A DNA stretch of 64,000 bases from Candidatus Poribacteria bacterium. GTDB lineage: Bacteria; Poribacteria; WGA-4E; PCPOR2b. The stretch covers positions 4,000,001 through 4,064,000 of the forward strand of contig OZ220744.1 in NCBI GenBank assembly GCA_965116925.1. Reading direction: 5' to 3'. Under the pieces are notes generated by a model. It had not been told where the DNA came from. It did no database searches and saw only the letters and a list, made by a program, of their open reading frames with translations. Shown piece after piece: positions 19,104 through 29,018 of this stretch (the stretch's first letter is position 1; each line of letters opens with the position of its first letter). The translations under genes were made by a program, and so were the position numbers.

Positions 19104-20474
19104 CTATTCCACTCGCCCGGAAGCCAATTCGTACTTGCCTTGAATCCCCTTGACAGCTGTCGCACCGCCATGTCGCCAGAAGTAGTTCCCGAACTGTGAT
19201 GCTAGACGGATAGCCTCATTTGGCTGCTGATCAATGAGGTTGTTTCGCTCACGTGGATCTTCGAGCAGGTTGTAGAGTTCGTCAGGCTCGCCTTCAGGAC
19301 GCTGGATATAGCTCCATGTCGCATCCCGAATACACCGATCCGCACCTTCGTGGTATCCCGTAATAATTGTGTCGCGATGCGAGTCGCTGTTCCCCTTGAG
19401 GACACCGAGGAAACTGTCACCGTGCATCGACGAGATGTTATTCCCAAATCCGAGTGCTTCAAGCACCGTCGGCAGGAAATCTTGGAATTGTACGATTGCA
19501 CCGGTTCGGCGTGCACCTTCACCCTTGGGCAAACGCACCATAAAGGGGATCTTGAGAAGCTCATTGTACATTCGATCCGCGCCCTTGAGGAACTTCCCGT
19601 GATCGCCGAGGGGGTGCCCGTGGTCTGCGAGCAGGAAGATTAACGAATCGTCGTAATATCCAAGCTGTTTCAACTGGCCAAAGAGTCGACCAAGACAATG
19701 ATCTACAAAAGCAGCCTCGCCGGCATAAAGTCCCTGAATGTGCTTAATCTCGGCATCGCTTGCCCAATCGCTTGCCATGCCGCCCATCGGCATAACGATA
19801 CGGGGTCCGTTATAGTCCGAATCGGTATAGGTATCCCACGGATCCGGCGGATCCCACGGTTCGTGGGGGTCGAAGGAATCGATCCAGAGGAAGATTTTCT
19901 CATGTGGACGGTTATCCTCAAGCCAGTCAACTGCTTCATCCACCACCGTATGAGCAAACCAATCTTCGGGACCTGCGAACTGGTCGGTGTTCGCCAAAAA
20001 CTGAGTGATTCGATTGCACCATTGTTCGGGGAAATTCTCGTTGATATAGTCGTTGAGATTCCGTTTCAGCGGGGCGGACACATACGGATCATACTCCTGT
20101 CCGCGAATCCAACGGTAAGCGTGGAAATCGCGGTGGAAATTCATTCTTGGTGCGCGGTAGTGATAGGTATCTGAGATAAGTCCAGAGATGTACCCCTCTT
20201 GGCTCAGGATCTGTGCGATTGCCACATCTTCCGGGGTTAACGGCTGCCAAGGGCGATACGGAAGCGTCCGCTGTCCCGTCATCAGTTGAGTGCGGATTGG
20301 GATTGTGGGTAAGGCTTCTGGGTAGGCGTTCTCGAAAACGACGCACTCCTCCGCGAACTGGTCGATGTTGGGGGTTTGACACGGCGCGATGCCTTCAAAT
20401 GCAGGTGTGCCTTTATGATAGGTGCTGACGTGGTCTTGACGGAAACTATCCAGTACAATGACCATGAGATTCAT
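19104..20474 (-). CDS. Sulfatase-like hydrolase (alkaline phosphatase superfamily), with Thr at the formylglycine position
   Basis: VLDSFRQDH, TPNID, TIPIRTQLMTG, FDPHEPWDPP, ADHGHPLGDHG, ELYNLLEDPRE. Confidence 0.85.
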   Translation of the reverse strand: MNLMVIVLDSFRQDHVSTYHKGTPAFEGIAPCQTPNIDQFAEECVVFENAYPEALPTIPIRTQLMTGQRTLPYRPWQPLTPEDVAIAQILSQEGYISGLISDTYHYRAPRMNFHRDFHAYRWIRGQEYDPYVSAPLKRNLNDYINENFPEQWCNRITQFLANTDQFAGPEDWFAHTVVDEAVDWLEDNRPHEKIFLWIDSFDPHEPWDPPDPWDTYTDSDYNGPRIVMPMGGMASDWASDAEIKHIQGLYAGEAAFVDHCLGRLFGQLKQLGYYDDSLIFLLADHGHPLGDHGKFLKGADRMYNELLKIPFMVRLPKGEGARRTGAIVQFQDFLPTVLEALGFGNNISSMHGDSFLGVLKGNSDSHRDTIITGYHEGADRCIRDATWSYIQRPEGEPDELYNLLEDPRERNNLIDQQPNEAIRLASQFGNYFWRHGGATAVKGIQGKYELASGRVE

Positions 20475-20626
20475 TATGATATCCTCCAAGTGCCAGATCT
20501 GTAGCGTTTAACTGCGGTCTCATTCTATCACAATCAGGCGTGTGGGACAAGCGTTTTTTCGTAGAACCTATCACAGGGCTATAACGTATTGTATCCTCAA
20601 GTCCCGACGGAAACCGGCTAACCCTA

Positions 20627-20655
20627 TTGACAAACCCTATCCATCAGACTATAAT
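20627..20655 (+). promoter_or_regulatory. Consensus sigma70 promoter of rbsK
   Basis: TTGACA-17 bp-TATAAT. Confidence 0.75.
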
Positions 20656-20710
20656 CTACTCGATTTCATCGTTGCACAGGTATAGACATGCCGTTAATGG
20701 GAGAGTAGGA

Positions 20711-21655
20711 ATGAACAAACAGGATACGAAAGTTGTGGTTGTCGGAAGTTTCAATATGGACCTCGTGGTCAAAGCGGGACGCCGTCCACAAATAGGCGAG
20801 ACGCTTATGGGGGAAGAATTCGGCATGTTTATCGGGGGCAAAGGGAGTAATCAGGCGATTGCTGCCGCACGCTTGGGGGCAAACGTGACGATGATCGGTA
20901 GGCTCGGAGCGGATCTTTTTGGAGATACCTTAATGGCTGCCCATGCCGAGGAGGGAATCTGCGCGGATTATGTCATCCGAGATACGGAAATCGGGACAGG
21001 GGTTGCGTCGATATTGATTGACGCCGATGGCGATAATAGCATCGTGCTAGTCCCGCAGGCAAATATGCGACTGACCGTTGCAGATATAGAGCGGGCTTCG
21101 GAGTCTATTGCTGCTGCGGACGTACTTCTTCTACAGTTGGAAGTACCGATCGCCGCTTCCCAACGTGCCGCAGAGATCGCAAAATCCAACGATGTAACGG
21201 TGGTGCTTAACCCGGCTCCGGCACAGGAATTGCCGGATGACTTTTTGACGCAGGTGGATATTCTCACCCCCAACGAGGTGGAGACCGAATCGCTGTCGGG
21301 TGTTAGGGTTTCCACTGCAACGGACGCAGAACGCGCTGCCAAGGTGCTGTTGGAGAAAGGGCTTTCTGCCGTAATTTTGACGCTTGGTGAGCGAGGTGCG
21401 CTATTGCTGACACCGGATCTGACGCAACAAGTTCCGGCGTACTCTGTCGAGGTCGTGGATACGACCGCGGCGGGAGATGCCTTCTGCGGTGCGCTCGCAA
21501 CGGGGCTCACACGGGGTGAAAATTTTGTGGACGCGGTTGCCTTTGCTAATGCTGCGGGTGCCTTAGCTGTTACTGTGCTCGGCGCAGCCCCATCCATGCC
21601 GACTGCAGCGCAGGTTGAGGCGTTTCGTGGAGAACACAATGAAGTGCAGTGCTGA
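20711..21655 (+). CDS. rbsK: Ribokinase
   Basis: VGSFNMD, GGKGSNQA, LLQLE, NPAP, TPNEVE, DTTAAGDAFCG, GAAPSMP. Confidence 0.9.
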   Translation: MNKQDTKVVVVGSFNMDLVVKAGRRPQIGETLMGEEFGMFIGGKGSNQAIAAARLGANVTMIGRLGADLFGDTLMAAHAEEGICADYVIRDTEIGTGVASILIDADGDNSIVLVPQANMRLTVADIERASESIAAADVLLLQLEVPIAASQRAAEIAKSNDVTVVLNPAPAQELPDDFLTQVDILTPNEVETESLSGVRVSTATDAERAAKVLLEKGLSAVILTLGERGALLLTPDLTQQVPAYSVEVVDTTAAGDAFCGALATGLTRGENFVDAVAFANAAGALAVTVLGAAPSMPTAAQVEAFRGEHNEVQC

Positions 21656-21702
21656 AACTTTTGAACGCTAACTTTTCTGGAAGGATTATCGGGAGGCATT
21701 AT

Positions 21703-23370
21703 ATGAACGGTGCACACTGGTTGGTTAAAACGCTTCAACGGCGCGGCGTGGAATACGTCTTCGCACTCTGTGGTAATGGGCTCAAACCGTTCCTTGACGC
21801 CTGTGTGGATTTGCAGATGCCGGTGATTGACGTGCGGAACGAACAATCTGCCGCGTATATGGCGGATACATGGGGACGGATGACCAAACGGCTTGGGGTG
21901 GTCGCTGTGAGTGCGGGACCGGGACACACGAATACCCTCACCGGACTCGCCAACGCCTTCTGGGATGGCGGACCGATGCTTCTGATCAGTGGATGTGCCA
22001 CCACGGATACACGCGGTATGGGTCATTTCCAAGAATTGGATCAGGTGGGTATGGCGGCGCCAGTTTGTAAGTATGCTCGGTTTGTCAATCGCGTTGATGT
22101 CTTGGAGCATGAATTTACCAATGCACTGGGAGCATCATTCGCTGGGCGTCCGGGACCCGTGCACCTGACTATACCTAGCGATGTCTTTAGTGCACAGATG
22201 CCGGATTCAGCTGTCCCCCGTTTGCAGGAAGCTTCGCCCGCCATCACTCAGGTCAACCCGCAAGCTGCCGGCGATCCAGATCTGACTTGTGATGCGGTTG
22301 AACAGCTGTGTGACGCAGAACGTCCTGTCATTATTGTCGGAAACGGAGCGTTCTACGCTGACGCTGGCGGTGCGCTTGCCCAATTCGCTGATTTAACGCA
22401 TATCCCAATTTTCTCAAATATGTGGTCGCGGGGCTGTATTGAGACGCCGTTGAATGAGTATATCGGTACAACCTTTGGTGGTGAAACCAACGGCGCATTC
22501 GGGTGTCTTGCGGAGGTTGACATTGCACTGGTGTTAGGTGCGGGTATCGACTACCGTGTGGGATACGGTCGCCCTCCTGTCTTCTCTGAGACGGTTCGTT
22601 TTATCCGTGTTGATGTTGATCCGAATGAGCTATCAAAGACAATTGAGCCGGAGATTGGGATTGTCGGCGATCCGCGGTCTGTCCTTGAGGGGATGAACGA
22701 TGCAGGAAAAAGCCGTCAGTGGAAACATCAGGCGTGGTTAGCAAAGGTGCATCGAAGTCGCGAGGCACTGTTAGCGAAGTGGGCAACACGTGGACATGAG
22801 GACGTAACGCCGCTCCCCTCAATACGAATCTGCCGGGAGATTCAACCGTTTCTGGATCAGGACGTGACCTTTCTACTCGATGGCGGAAACATCGGACGTT
22901 GGGCGCACATGACCCTTTGGAACCGTCATCCGGCGCACTGGTTCACCTGCGGCGCGAGCGGAATTGTCGGTTGGGGTGTACCGGGTGCGGTCGCTGCAAA
23001 GTTAGCGCGACCGGATAAACCGGTGCTGCTCTTGAGTGGTGATGGTTCAGCAGGATTTACGATTACGGAGATCGAAACGGCGTTGCGGTTCAATACACCT
23101 TACGTCGCTGTCGTTGCACACGACAGTGCGTGGGGCATCGAAGCGGATTCCCGTGCGCCAGAGCGTCGCATGGGGACGGTGTTCGGCGAAATCCGATTTG
23201 ATCGCGTCGCCGAGGCACTTGGTGGGGAAGGGGTATATATTGAGCATCCCGATCAGCTTGCGCCAGCGATTGAGCGTGGACTCGCTGCGGATACAGTCAC
23301 CTTTATTCATGTCCCGACCGAGCTTGGCGGGATTGGGTATCTGGATGGGCAATATACGGAGCAGGAATAG
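21703..23370 (+). CDS. Thiamine diphosphate-dependent enzyme (acetolactate synthase / 2-hydroxyacyl-CoA lyase-like)
   Basis: VRNEQSAAYMAD, GPGHTN, FQELDQ, RPGPVHL, SGDGSAGF; GGGAGG RBS. Confidence 0.88.
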   Translation: MNGAHWLVKTLQRRGVEYVFALCGNGLKPFLDACVDLQMPVIDVRNEQSAAYMADTWGRMTKRLGVVAVSAGPGHTNTLTGLANAFWDGGPMLLISGCATTDTRGMGHFQELDQVGMAAPVCKYARFVNRVDVLEHEFTNALGASFAGRPGPVHLTIPSDVFSAQMPDSAVPRLQEASPAITQVNPQAAGDPDLTCDAVEQLCDAERPVIIVGNGAFYADAGGALAQFADLTHIPIFSNMWSRGCIETPLNEYIGTTFGGETNGAFGCLAEVDIALVLGAGIDYRVGYGRPPVFSETVRFIRVDVDPNELSKTIEPEIGIVGDPRSVLEGMNDAGKSRQWKHQAWLAKVHRSREALLAKWATRGHEDVTPLPSIRICREIQPFLDQDVTFLLDGGNIGRWAHMTLWNRHPAHWFTCGASGIVGWGVPGAVAAKLARPDKPVLLLSGDGSAGFTITEIETALRFNTPYVAVVAHDSAWGIEADSRAPERRMGTVFGEIRFDRVAEALGGEGVYIEHPDQLAPAIERGLAADTVTFIHVPTELGGIGYLDGQYTEQE

Positions 23371-23412
23371 GACAATGGATAATAACTTCCTAAAAAAGTA
23401 GCTCATATTAAA

Positions 23413-23763
23413 ACCTAAGTTGCTAGTCGTCCGTTGGGATTGGTAGACGTCAATTTGTGCAAAGAACGCAGATCTGCGTTCTCTACGAAACCCCTGTTCC
23501 AATCCACCTGAAGCGCGAAATCCAAAAACCAGTCCCAATCTACATAAGAGTCGGAAACAATAAGCGTCGTTCCCTATAACTGGTTAGGTTTAACAACACT
23601 GATGAGGTGTGTTAACTCGCCTTGCCATGCACATTGCGCTCCGCTGGAGCGCAGGAATTGACCGCATCGTCGTTCTATAGACATATCGCTCCTCTGGAGC
23701 GAAAGATAGAATCCCTCAACCTTAACGACAAACCGATGGATTCTCAACGCTAGCAACTTGCGT
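23413..23763. mobile_element. MITE family B copy 2 with a 7-bp target duplication
   Basis: ACCTAAGTTGCTAG ... CTAGCAACTTGCGT, flanked by TATTAAA at 23406-23412 and 23764-23770. Confidence 0.8.
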
Positions 23764-23866
23764 TATTAAAAGAAAATGCAGAACGCTAAGGACGTAAAAC
23801 GTGATGCGTGAAACGTGAAAACGATTGATTCATTGGTACTAGACCTACGGAATTTATAAAAAAAGA

Positions 23867-23911
23867 GGCTCATATAAAAAGAAAGTGCCAAGCACGAAGA
23901 GAAACCTAGTT
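23867..23911. repeat. Partial MITE family C (one end)
   Basis: GGCTCATATAAAAAGAAAGTGCCAAGCACGAAGAGAAACC matches the family C end. Confidence 0.6.
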
Positions 23912-23951
23912 GTGGTCATTGAGAGGATTCGTAACCATCCTAATATTGAGA

Positions 23952-23980
23952 TTGACACACTAATGAAGATGGGTTAAAAT
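23952..23980 (+). promoter_or_regulatory. Sigma70 promoter of dapA
   Basis: TTGACA-17 bp-TAAAAT. Confidence 0.65.
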
Positions 23981-24086
23981 AAGCCCAATTTTAACGCCGA
24001 GCTGTTTGAGGACGAATGCTGGAAAATCTGAGAGAATAGTAAAATTCACTCACCAAAACATCACCTTGACCGTAAGGAGGCAAAAA

Positions 24087-24965
24087 ATGTTTGAAGGATC
24101 CTTTGTCGCGCTTGTAACACCATTCAAAGATGACGAATCCCTTGATGAAGCCAAACTCAAAGAACTGATCGAATTCCAGATTGATGGCGGTACACACGGC
24201 ATCGTCCCCTGCGGCACGACCGGTGAATCTCCCTCCCTTTCCGAAGAGGAACATGACCGTGTGATAGAGCTCACGGTTGAGACAGTGAACGGTCGTGTGC
24301 CAATCATTGCAGGAACAGGTTCCAATTCGACGGCGCGGACCCTGCGAGCAACGGAGCACGCGGCCCACGCCGGTGCCGATGCTGCGCTCATCGTGACGCC
24401 GTACTACAACAAACCGAACCAACAGGGATTGTACGCGCATTACATGAAAATTGCCGACAGCGTTGACATCCCGATTATTATCTACAATGTTCCCCCTCGT
24501 TGTGGGACAGACATTCTTTCGGACACTGTCGCTCGACTCGCCGAACACCCGAATATCGTCGGACTCAAAGAGGCAACCGGTGAACTGAAACGCTCCAGTG
24601 AATTGGTGTCGATGTGCCCTGACGATTTTGTTGTGCTTTCAGGCGATGACATCAATACCTTGCCGATTCTCTCGGTTGGTGGAAAGGGCGTGATCTCGGT
24701 TGTTGCGAATGTGGCTCCCGCGGATATCGCTGAGACGTGCAACGCCTTCAAAGCGGGTAATATTGAGCTCGCTCGAAAGCTCCACTACAAGACCATGCCG
24801 TTAGCGGTGGATCTCTTCATTGAGACCAACCCCATCCCCGCGAAGACAGCTCTCATGCTGATGGGGAAACTCAACGGTCAGCTGCGGCTGCCACTTGCAC
24901 CACTCACACCCGCCAATCAAGAGACGCTGCGTCAAACATTGAAGGACACAGGTTTGATTGGCTAG
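24087..24965 (+). CDS. dapA: 4-hydroxy-tetrahydrodipicolinate synthase
   Basis: ALVTPF, GTTGES, GTGSNST, PYYNKP, IYNVP, GLKEA, SGDD, ETNPIPAK; AAGGAGG RBS. Confidence 0.95.
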   Translation: MFEGSFVALVTPFKDDESLDEAKLKELIEFQIDGGTHGIVPCGTTGESPSLSEEEHDRVIELTVETVNGRVPIIAGTGSNSTARTLRATEHAAHAGADAALIVTPYYNKPNQQGLYAHYMKIADSVDIPIIIYNVPPRCGTDILSDTVARLAEHPNIVGLKEATGELKRSSELVSMCPDDFVVLSGDDINTLPILSVGGKGVISVVANVAPADIAETCNAFKAGNIELARKLHYKTMPLAVDLFIETNPIPAKTALMLMGKLNGQLRLPLAPLTPANQETLRQTLKDTGLIG

Positions 24966-25239
24966 GGCGTGTTGACATTTTGAAGCCGCTGATTCGGCAA
25001 CCACTGTAATCATCAGGCAATCTGCTATAAGTAGCGCGAACTGTTAGTTTGCAGGCGGGGATTACAATCTAACAGATCGTGGTACAAAAGACCACTTTTA
25101 CGAAACAGTTTTTTTGAAAAGGAAGCGTCCCGATGAAAAATGGAGTTGGGTTTCACTCTATCTGTCTAGAAGCAGATAGGGATTGACGGTTAACCGTTCA
25201 ACCCAACCTACGGACTAGTAAATGTCAACAGAGCACTAG
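24962..25239. mobile_element. MITE family A copy 2
   Basis: CTAG-GGCGTGTTGACATTT ... AAATGTCAACAGAGCA-CTAG; the left CTAG contains the dapA stop codon. Confidence 0.8.
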
Positions 25240-25857
25240 TACACTGTCAGGCAAATTATGATTGTCTATATGGATTGAGACTCATAATACTTTCGTAGGG
25301 GTCGGGTCACCCGACCCCCTTGTTGATATGCAAAACTTATCTGACTGAGTACTAGTACTCAATCAGATAAGTTTTGGAATTATTATATATGTGAGGGGCG
25401 TGCATGTGTAGCTATCTTAGTAGATTAACCGTATTGCTGTGCATACACATTGCGCTCCGCTGGAGCGCAGGCATTGACCTTATCACCTTCTATAGACATA
25501 TCGCTCCGCTGGAGCGAAGGTTTCCGTCGGCTGCGCGGGACTTCTGTGTATTGGACTTGTTGAAGGAACGTAAGTCCGGTAGCATTTTTGTTTGGCTATC
25601 AATGTTTTCTGCGTAATCAGCGTTTTCTGTGTAATCAGCTGACTCCGTGATTCAGACAATAATGATGTACACCTCTCATATATGTTATCGTTTGCTTTCA
25701 ATCAGGGCTCATGTAGAAAGTGCAAAGCACGAAAATAAATTGTAGGGGCGGGGGCTCCCCGCCCTTATTTGCTAGTGCGGGGGTCGGGGGACCCGACCCC
25801 TACGAAGTATTATGGGCCTTAATCCATATACACAAGCATAATTTGCCTGACAGAGTA
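25240..25857. mobile_element. Two inverted copies of MITE family D (25240..25351 and 25356..25857) joined at CTAG
   Basis: TACACTGTCAGGCAAATTATG...CTTATCTGACTGAGTA-CTAG-TACTCAATCAGATAAG...CATAATTTGCCTGACAGAGTA-CTAG; the interiors are reverse-complement homologs. Confidence 0.75.
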
Positions 25858-25949
25858 CTAGTAACGGGGCAATTTTGGGTTGATTGATAACCTGTCGGTC
25901 GATATTGGAAAACCGGCTGACAGGTTATTTGTCAATCGGAGGAGCAGCA

Positions 25950-26894
25950 ATGCAATATCGTGGTTTGGGAACGACAGGCTTGACTGTTTCTGAAATCGGC
26001 ATGGGAACGTGGGAGCTCGGTGGACGAGAATGGGGCGATATAGACGAAGCAGTGGCAATCCGCCTGCTTGAGTATGCGTATGAACAGGGGGTTACTCTGT
26101 ACGATACCGCCGATCAGTACGGCGGTGGTCGCTCTGAACGGCTGCTCGGACAGGCTTTCGCTAACATGCAAGATTCGGTGGTTATCGCTACGAAGGTCGG
26201 CTATGAAATAGACTCCGATGGCTGGGTGAGTCAGGGCTGGGAACAACGGCCGTCGTATAACGCTTCCCGTGACTACATTCGCACCTCCGTGGAGGGGAGT
26301 TTACAGCGATTGGGACGCGAAACGATAGACACCTACCAATTCCACGCGCCTCCGTCTCCCGAACAGTGGGATGAAGCTTTCGAGACAATGGAACAACTCA
26401 AAGCTGAGGGGAAGATACGTTTCTACGGCATGGCACTCGGTAGCGAAGAACAAGCACTAAAAGCAATTGAGGAGACCGGCATCTCCACAATGATGCTGAC
26501 CTACAACATCTTGAATCAATTGATGGCTGAAACGGTGCTACCAGCGGCGCAATCCAAAGGTGTAGGCATCATCGTCCGACAACCGCTTGCATCAGGGCTA
26601 CTGTCTGGACAACTGACGCCGGACACGAAGTTTGCCGATAATGACTATCGCAAAACTTGGTCCCTTGAACAACTTCAAAACGACTTGCAACAGGTAGAAA
26701 CCGTCAAAGAAATTGTCGGGGACGCGATTGAAACCCTTCCGCAAGCCGCCCTCAAATTTATCCTTGCCCATCCAGCCATCAGCGCGGTTGTTCCCGGCAT
26801 GATGACGACCGCACAGGTCGACGATGGTGTTGCCACGGCGGATCTTCCTGCGCTGCCCTCGCATATTTTGCAGCGATTACAGAACGAATTCTGA
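25950..26894 (+). CDS. Aldo/keto reductase
   Basis: LGTTGLTVSEIGMG, YDTADQYG, ATKVG, SLQRLG, YQFH, PLASGLL; GGAGG RBS. Confidence 0.92.
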   Translation: MQYRGLGTTGLTVSEIGMGTWELGGREWGDIDEAVAIRLLEYAYEQGVTLYDTADQYGGGRSERLLGQAFANMQDSVVIATKVGYEIDSDGWVSQGWEQRPSYNASRDYIRTSVEGSLQRLGRETIDTYQFHAPPSPEQWDEAFETMEQLKAEGKIRFYGMALGSEEQALKAIEETGISTMMLTYNILNQLMAETVLPAAQSKGVGIIVRQPLASGLLSGQLTPDTKFADNDYRKTWSLEQLQNDLQQVETVKEIVGDAIETLPQAALKFILAHPAISAVVPGMMTTAQVDDGVATADLPALPSHILQRLQNEF

Positions 26895-26927
26895 TGCCAA
26901 GATGCGTGTAAACTGTCCTCACATCCT

Positions 26928-28556
26928 ATGGTCATGAATCGCCTGAAGTTTCAACGCAAGCTGATGATTCTTTTTGTGGGAATGGCGTTACTGCCCACTG
27001 TTGTCCTCGTCCTTGTCGCCTATCACCTCATTAGTCGGAGCGTGGAGCGTTGGGCAAACCACCAGATTGCGTTGACGCTTACGAATTCCGCAGCAATCAT
27101 TGGGGACGCCAGTGAACTCGCGCATACACTTGAACTCTATGAGAACCTACCCTTGACGGACACCGCTGAACTTTTGGCGGTCGATGAGGACTTGGTTGCT
27201 GTATTGGATGATTTTGATCCCAAGGCTGTCGAGATACGAGCCACCGAACTCGCGGACACCTACGGCGGTTACCTCATCGCTGTCTACGATTGGGACGGCC
27301 ATCTCGTTTTTAGCACCAACCCGAATCACCCCTCCGAAACGCTTACCACTTTTTTACCGCCGTTGGAGGCGTTACCCGATGCTCCAACTATCTCGCACGA
27401 ATTGGCAGACCAAGGTTTCTTGATATGTGGGGTGCCGATCTTCTCAGAGGATGGAATGGGACGCTTGGGGGCGATGGTTGTCGGGAAATCAATGGCATTG
27501 ACGCCTGCCCAGATGCAAGCCCAGATGTCAGCCATCCAAAACAAACTGAACCGTCTGGAAACGGATATCGATGCGGAGGGAACCGCATATCGCCGAACGG
27601 AAAGTCGCACAACTGTTATCGCCCTGCTAATCACGGCGGCGTTGATTGTGGTCGTTGCCTTTTTTATTAGCAGAATCCTCGCGAAGGGAATTAACACGCC
27701 GATTCGGTCACTTGTCGCCGGCACGGAGCAGATCTCCGATGGAAACCTTGACTATCAGGTGGCGGTACAGACCGATGATGAGTTTGCCATCTTAGCCGGT
27801 GCCTTCAACCGGATGGTCTCCGACCTAAAAGCGCGCACTGAAGAGTTAAGGCGTGCGGAAAAAATTGCGGCGTGGCAGGATATTGCACAGAAATTGGCGC
27901 ATGAGATTAAGAATCCGCTGACGCCGATTCAGTTGTCGGCGCAACGCCTGCAGCGTCGTTACCGCAATAATCCTGATGATCTCTCCGAACTTCTGGAGCG
28001 CTGCACCCAAACTATTATCACTGAAGTTGAGGGGTTGCGCCGCTTACTCGATGAGTTTTCTGTGCTCGCCCAGATGCCCGCACCACAACTCTCCCCTGTC
28101 AACCTGCGCGAGACACTCGATGCGACGTTAGCACTTTTCGATGAATTTCCCGACCATATCGATTGTCAGGTTGACTTTCCCGCTGATCTCCCCCTCGTCA
28201 GCGCGGATGCCGACCACCTCAAGCGCGCATTCTTGAACCTTATCAATAACGCCCTCGAAGCGATGTCGGAGGAAGGAGAGAAGAAAGGGCGTTTAACAAT
28301 TCGTGCTTATGTGTCAACTGACCCATCCAAAGTCTTCGTGCAGTTCACCGATACGGGACCGGGCATCTCCCCGGAAGTCCGACCGAAATTGTTCACCCCA
28401 CATGTTTCCACCAAACGGGATGGCATGGGACTTGGGTTGGCGATTGTTAAGAAGGTGATGACGGATCTTGGTGGGGATATTCGGCTTGAGGACGTTGAAC
28501 CTGATCAGAGTGGTGCAAATTTTACCTTATGGTTGAGAGCAACCACAAAAAATTGA
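26928..28556 (+). CDS. Membrane sensor histidine kinase (NtrY-like; HAMP-HisKA-HATPase)
   Basis: Two TM segments, HAMP, AWQDIAQKLAHEIKNPLTPIQLSA, NLINNA, DTGPG, GMGLGL. Confidence 0.92.
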   Translation: MVMNRLKFQRKLMILFVGMALLPTVVLVLVAYHLISRSVERWANHQIALTLTNSAAIIGDASELAHTLELYENLPLTDTAELLAVDEDLVAVLDDFDPKAVEIRATELADTYGGYLIAVYDWDGHLVFSTNPNHPSETLTTFLPPLEALPDAPTISHELADQGFLICGVPIFSEDGMGRLGAMVVGKSMALTPAQMQAQMSAIQNKLNRLETDIDAEGTAYRRTESRTTVIALLITAALIVVVAFFISRILAKGINTPIRSLVAGTEQISDGNLDYQVAVQTDDEFAILAGAFNRMVSDLKARTEELRRAEKIAAWQDIAQKLAHEIKNPLTPIQLSAQRLQRRYRNNPDDLSELLERCTQTIITEVEGLRRLLDEFSVLAQMPAPQLSPVNLRETLDATLALFDEFPDHIDCQVDFPADLPLVSADADHLKRAFLNLINNALEAMSEEGEKKGRLTIRAYVSTDPSKVFVQFTDTGPGISPEVRPKLFTPHVSTKRDGMGLGLAIVKKVMTDLGGDIRLEDVEPDQSGANFTLWLRATTKN

Positions 28557-28708
28557 ACTTAGATTATGCACATGCCGCCCCTCTGGGGCTTTAGGGTTGG
28601 TTTTACTGTGTTTTCTATACACATATCGGCCCGCTGGGGCTTTGATGGTCGGGCTAGAAAGCCCGGTCCACAAATTATGGAGATGGAAAACTGATGGATT
28701 TTCAATGA

Positions 28709-29018
28709 CTAGGGCGTGTTGACATTTTGAGAATGCTGATTCGGCAAACGCTGTAAGCATCGGGGAATCTGACAAATGTAGCGCGATCTGTTAGCTTGCG
28801 GACGGGGATCACAATCTAACAGATCGTGGTACAAAAGACCACTTTGAGGGAATAATGTGTTGAAAAGGAGACACCCCGATGAAAAGCGGAGTTGGGTTTC
28901 ACTCTATCTGTCTAGGAGCAGGTGGCGTTGAACGACTAAGCCTCTATTGGACTTGATAGGGATTGGGTTTTAACCGTTCAACCCAACCTACGGGCCGTTA
29001 AATGTCAACAGAACCTAG
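28709..29018. mobile_element. MITE family A copy 3, inserted in a family B right end
   Basis: CTAG-GGCGTGTTGACATTT ... AAATGTCAACAGAAC-CTAG followed by CACTTGTGT; preceded by ACTGATGGATTTTCAATGA (family B subterminal sequence). Confidence 0.8.

Noticed and set aside
20968..22110. 380-aa minus-strand ORF
   Set aside because: Antisense to rbsK and the ThDP enzyme, both of which have clear motifs.
26928..28556. Orphan histidine kinase as a novel system
   Set aside because: Ordinary NtrY-like architecture; the response regulator can simply lie elsewhere in the genome.
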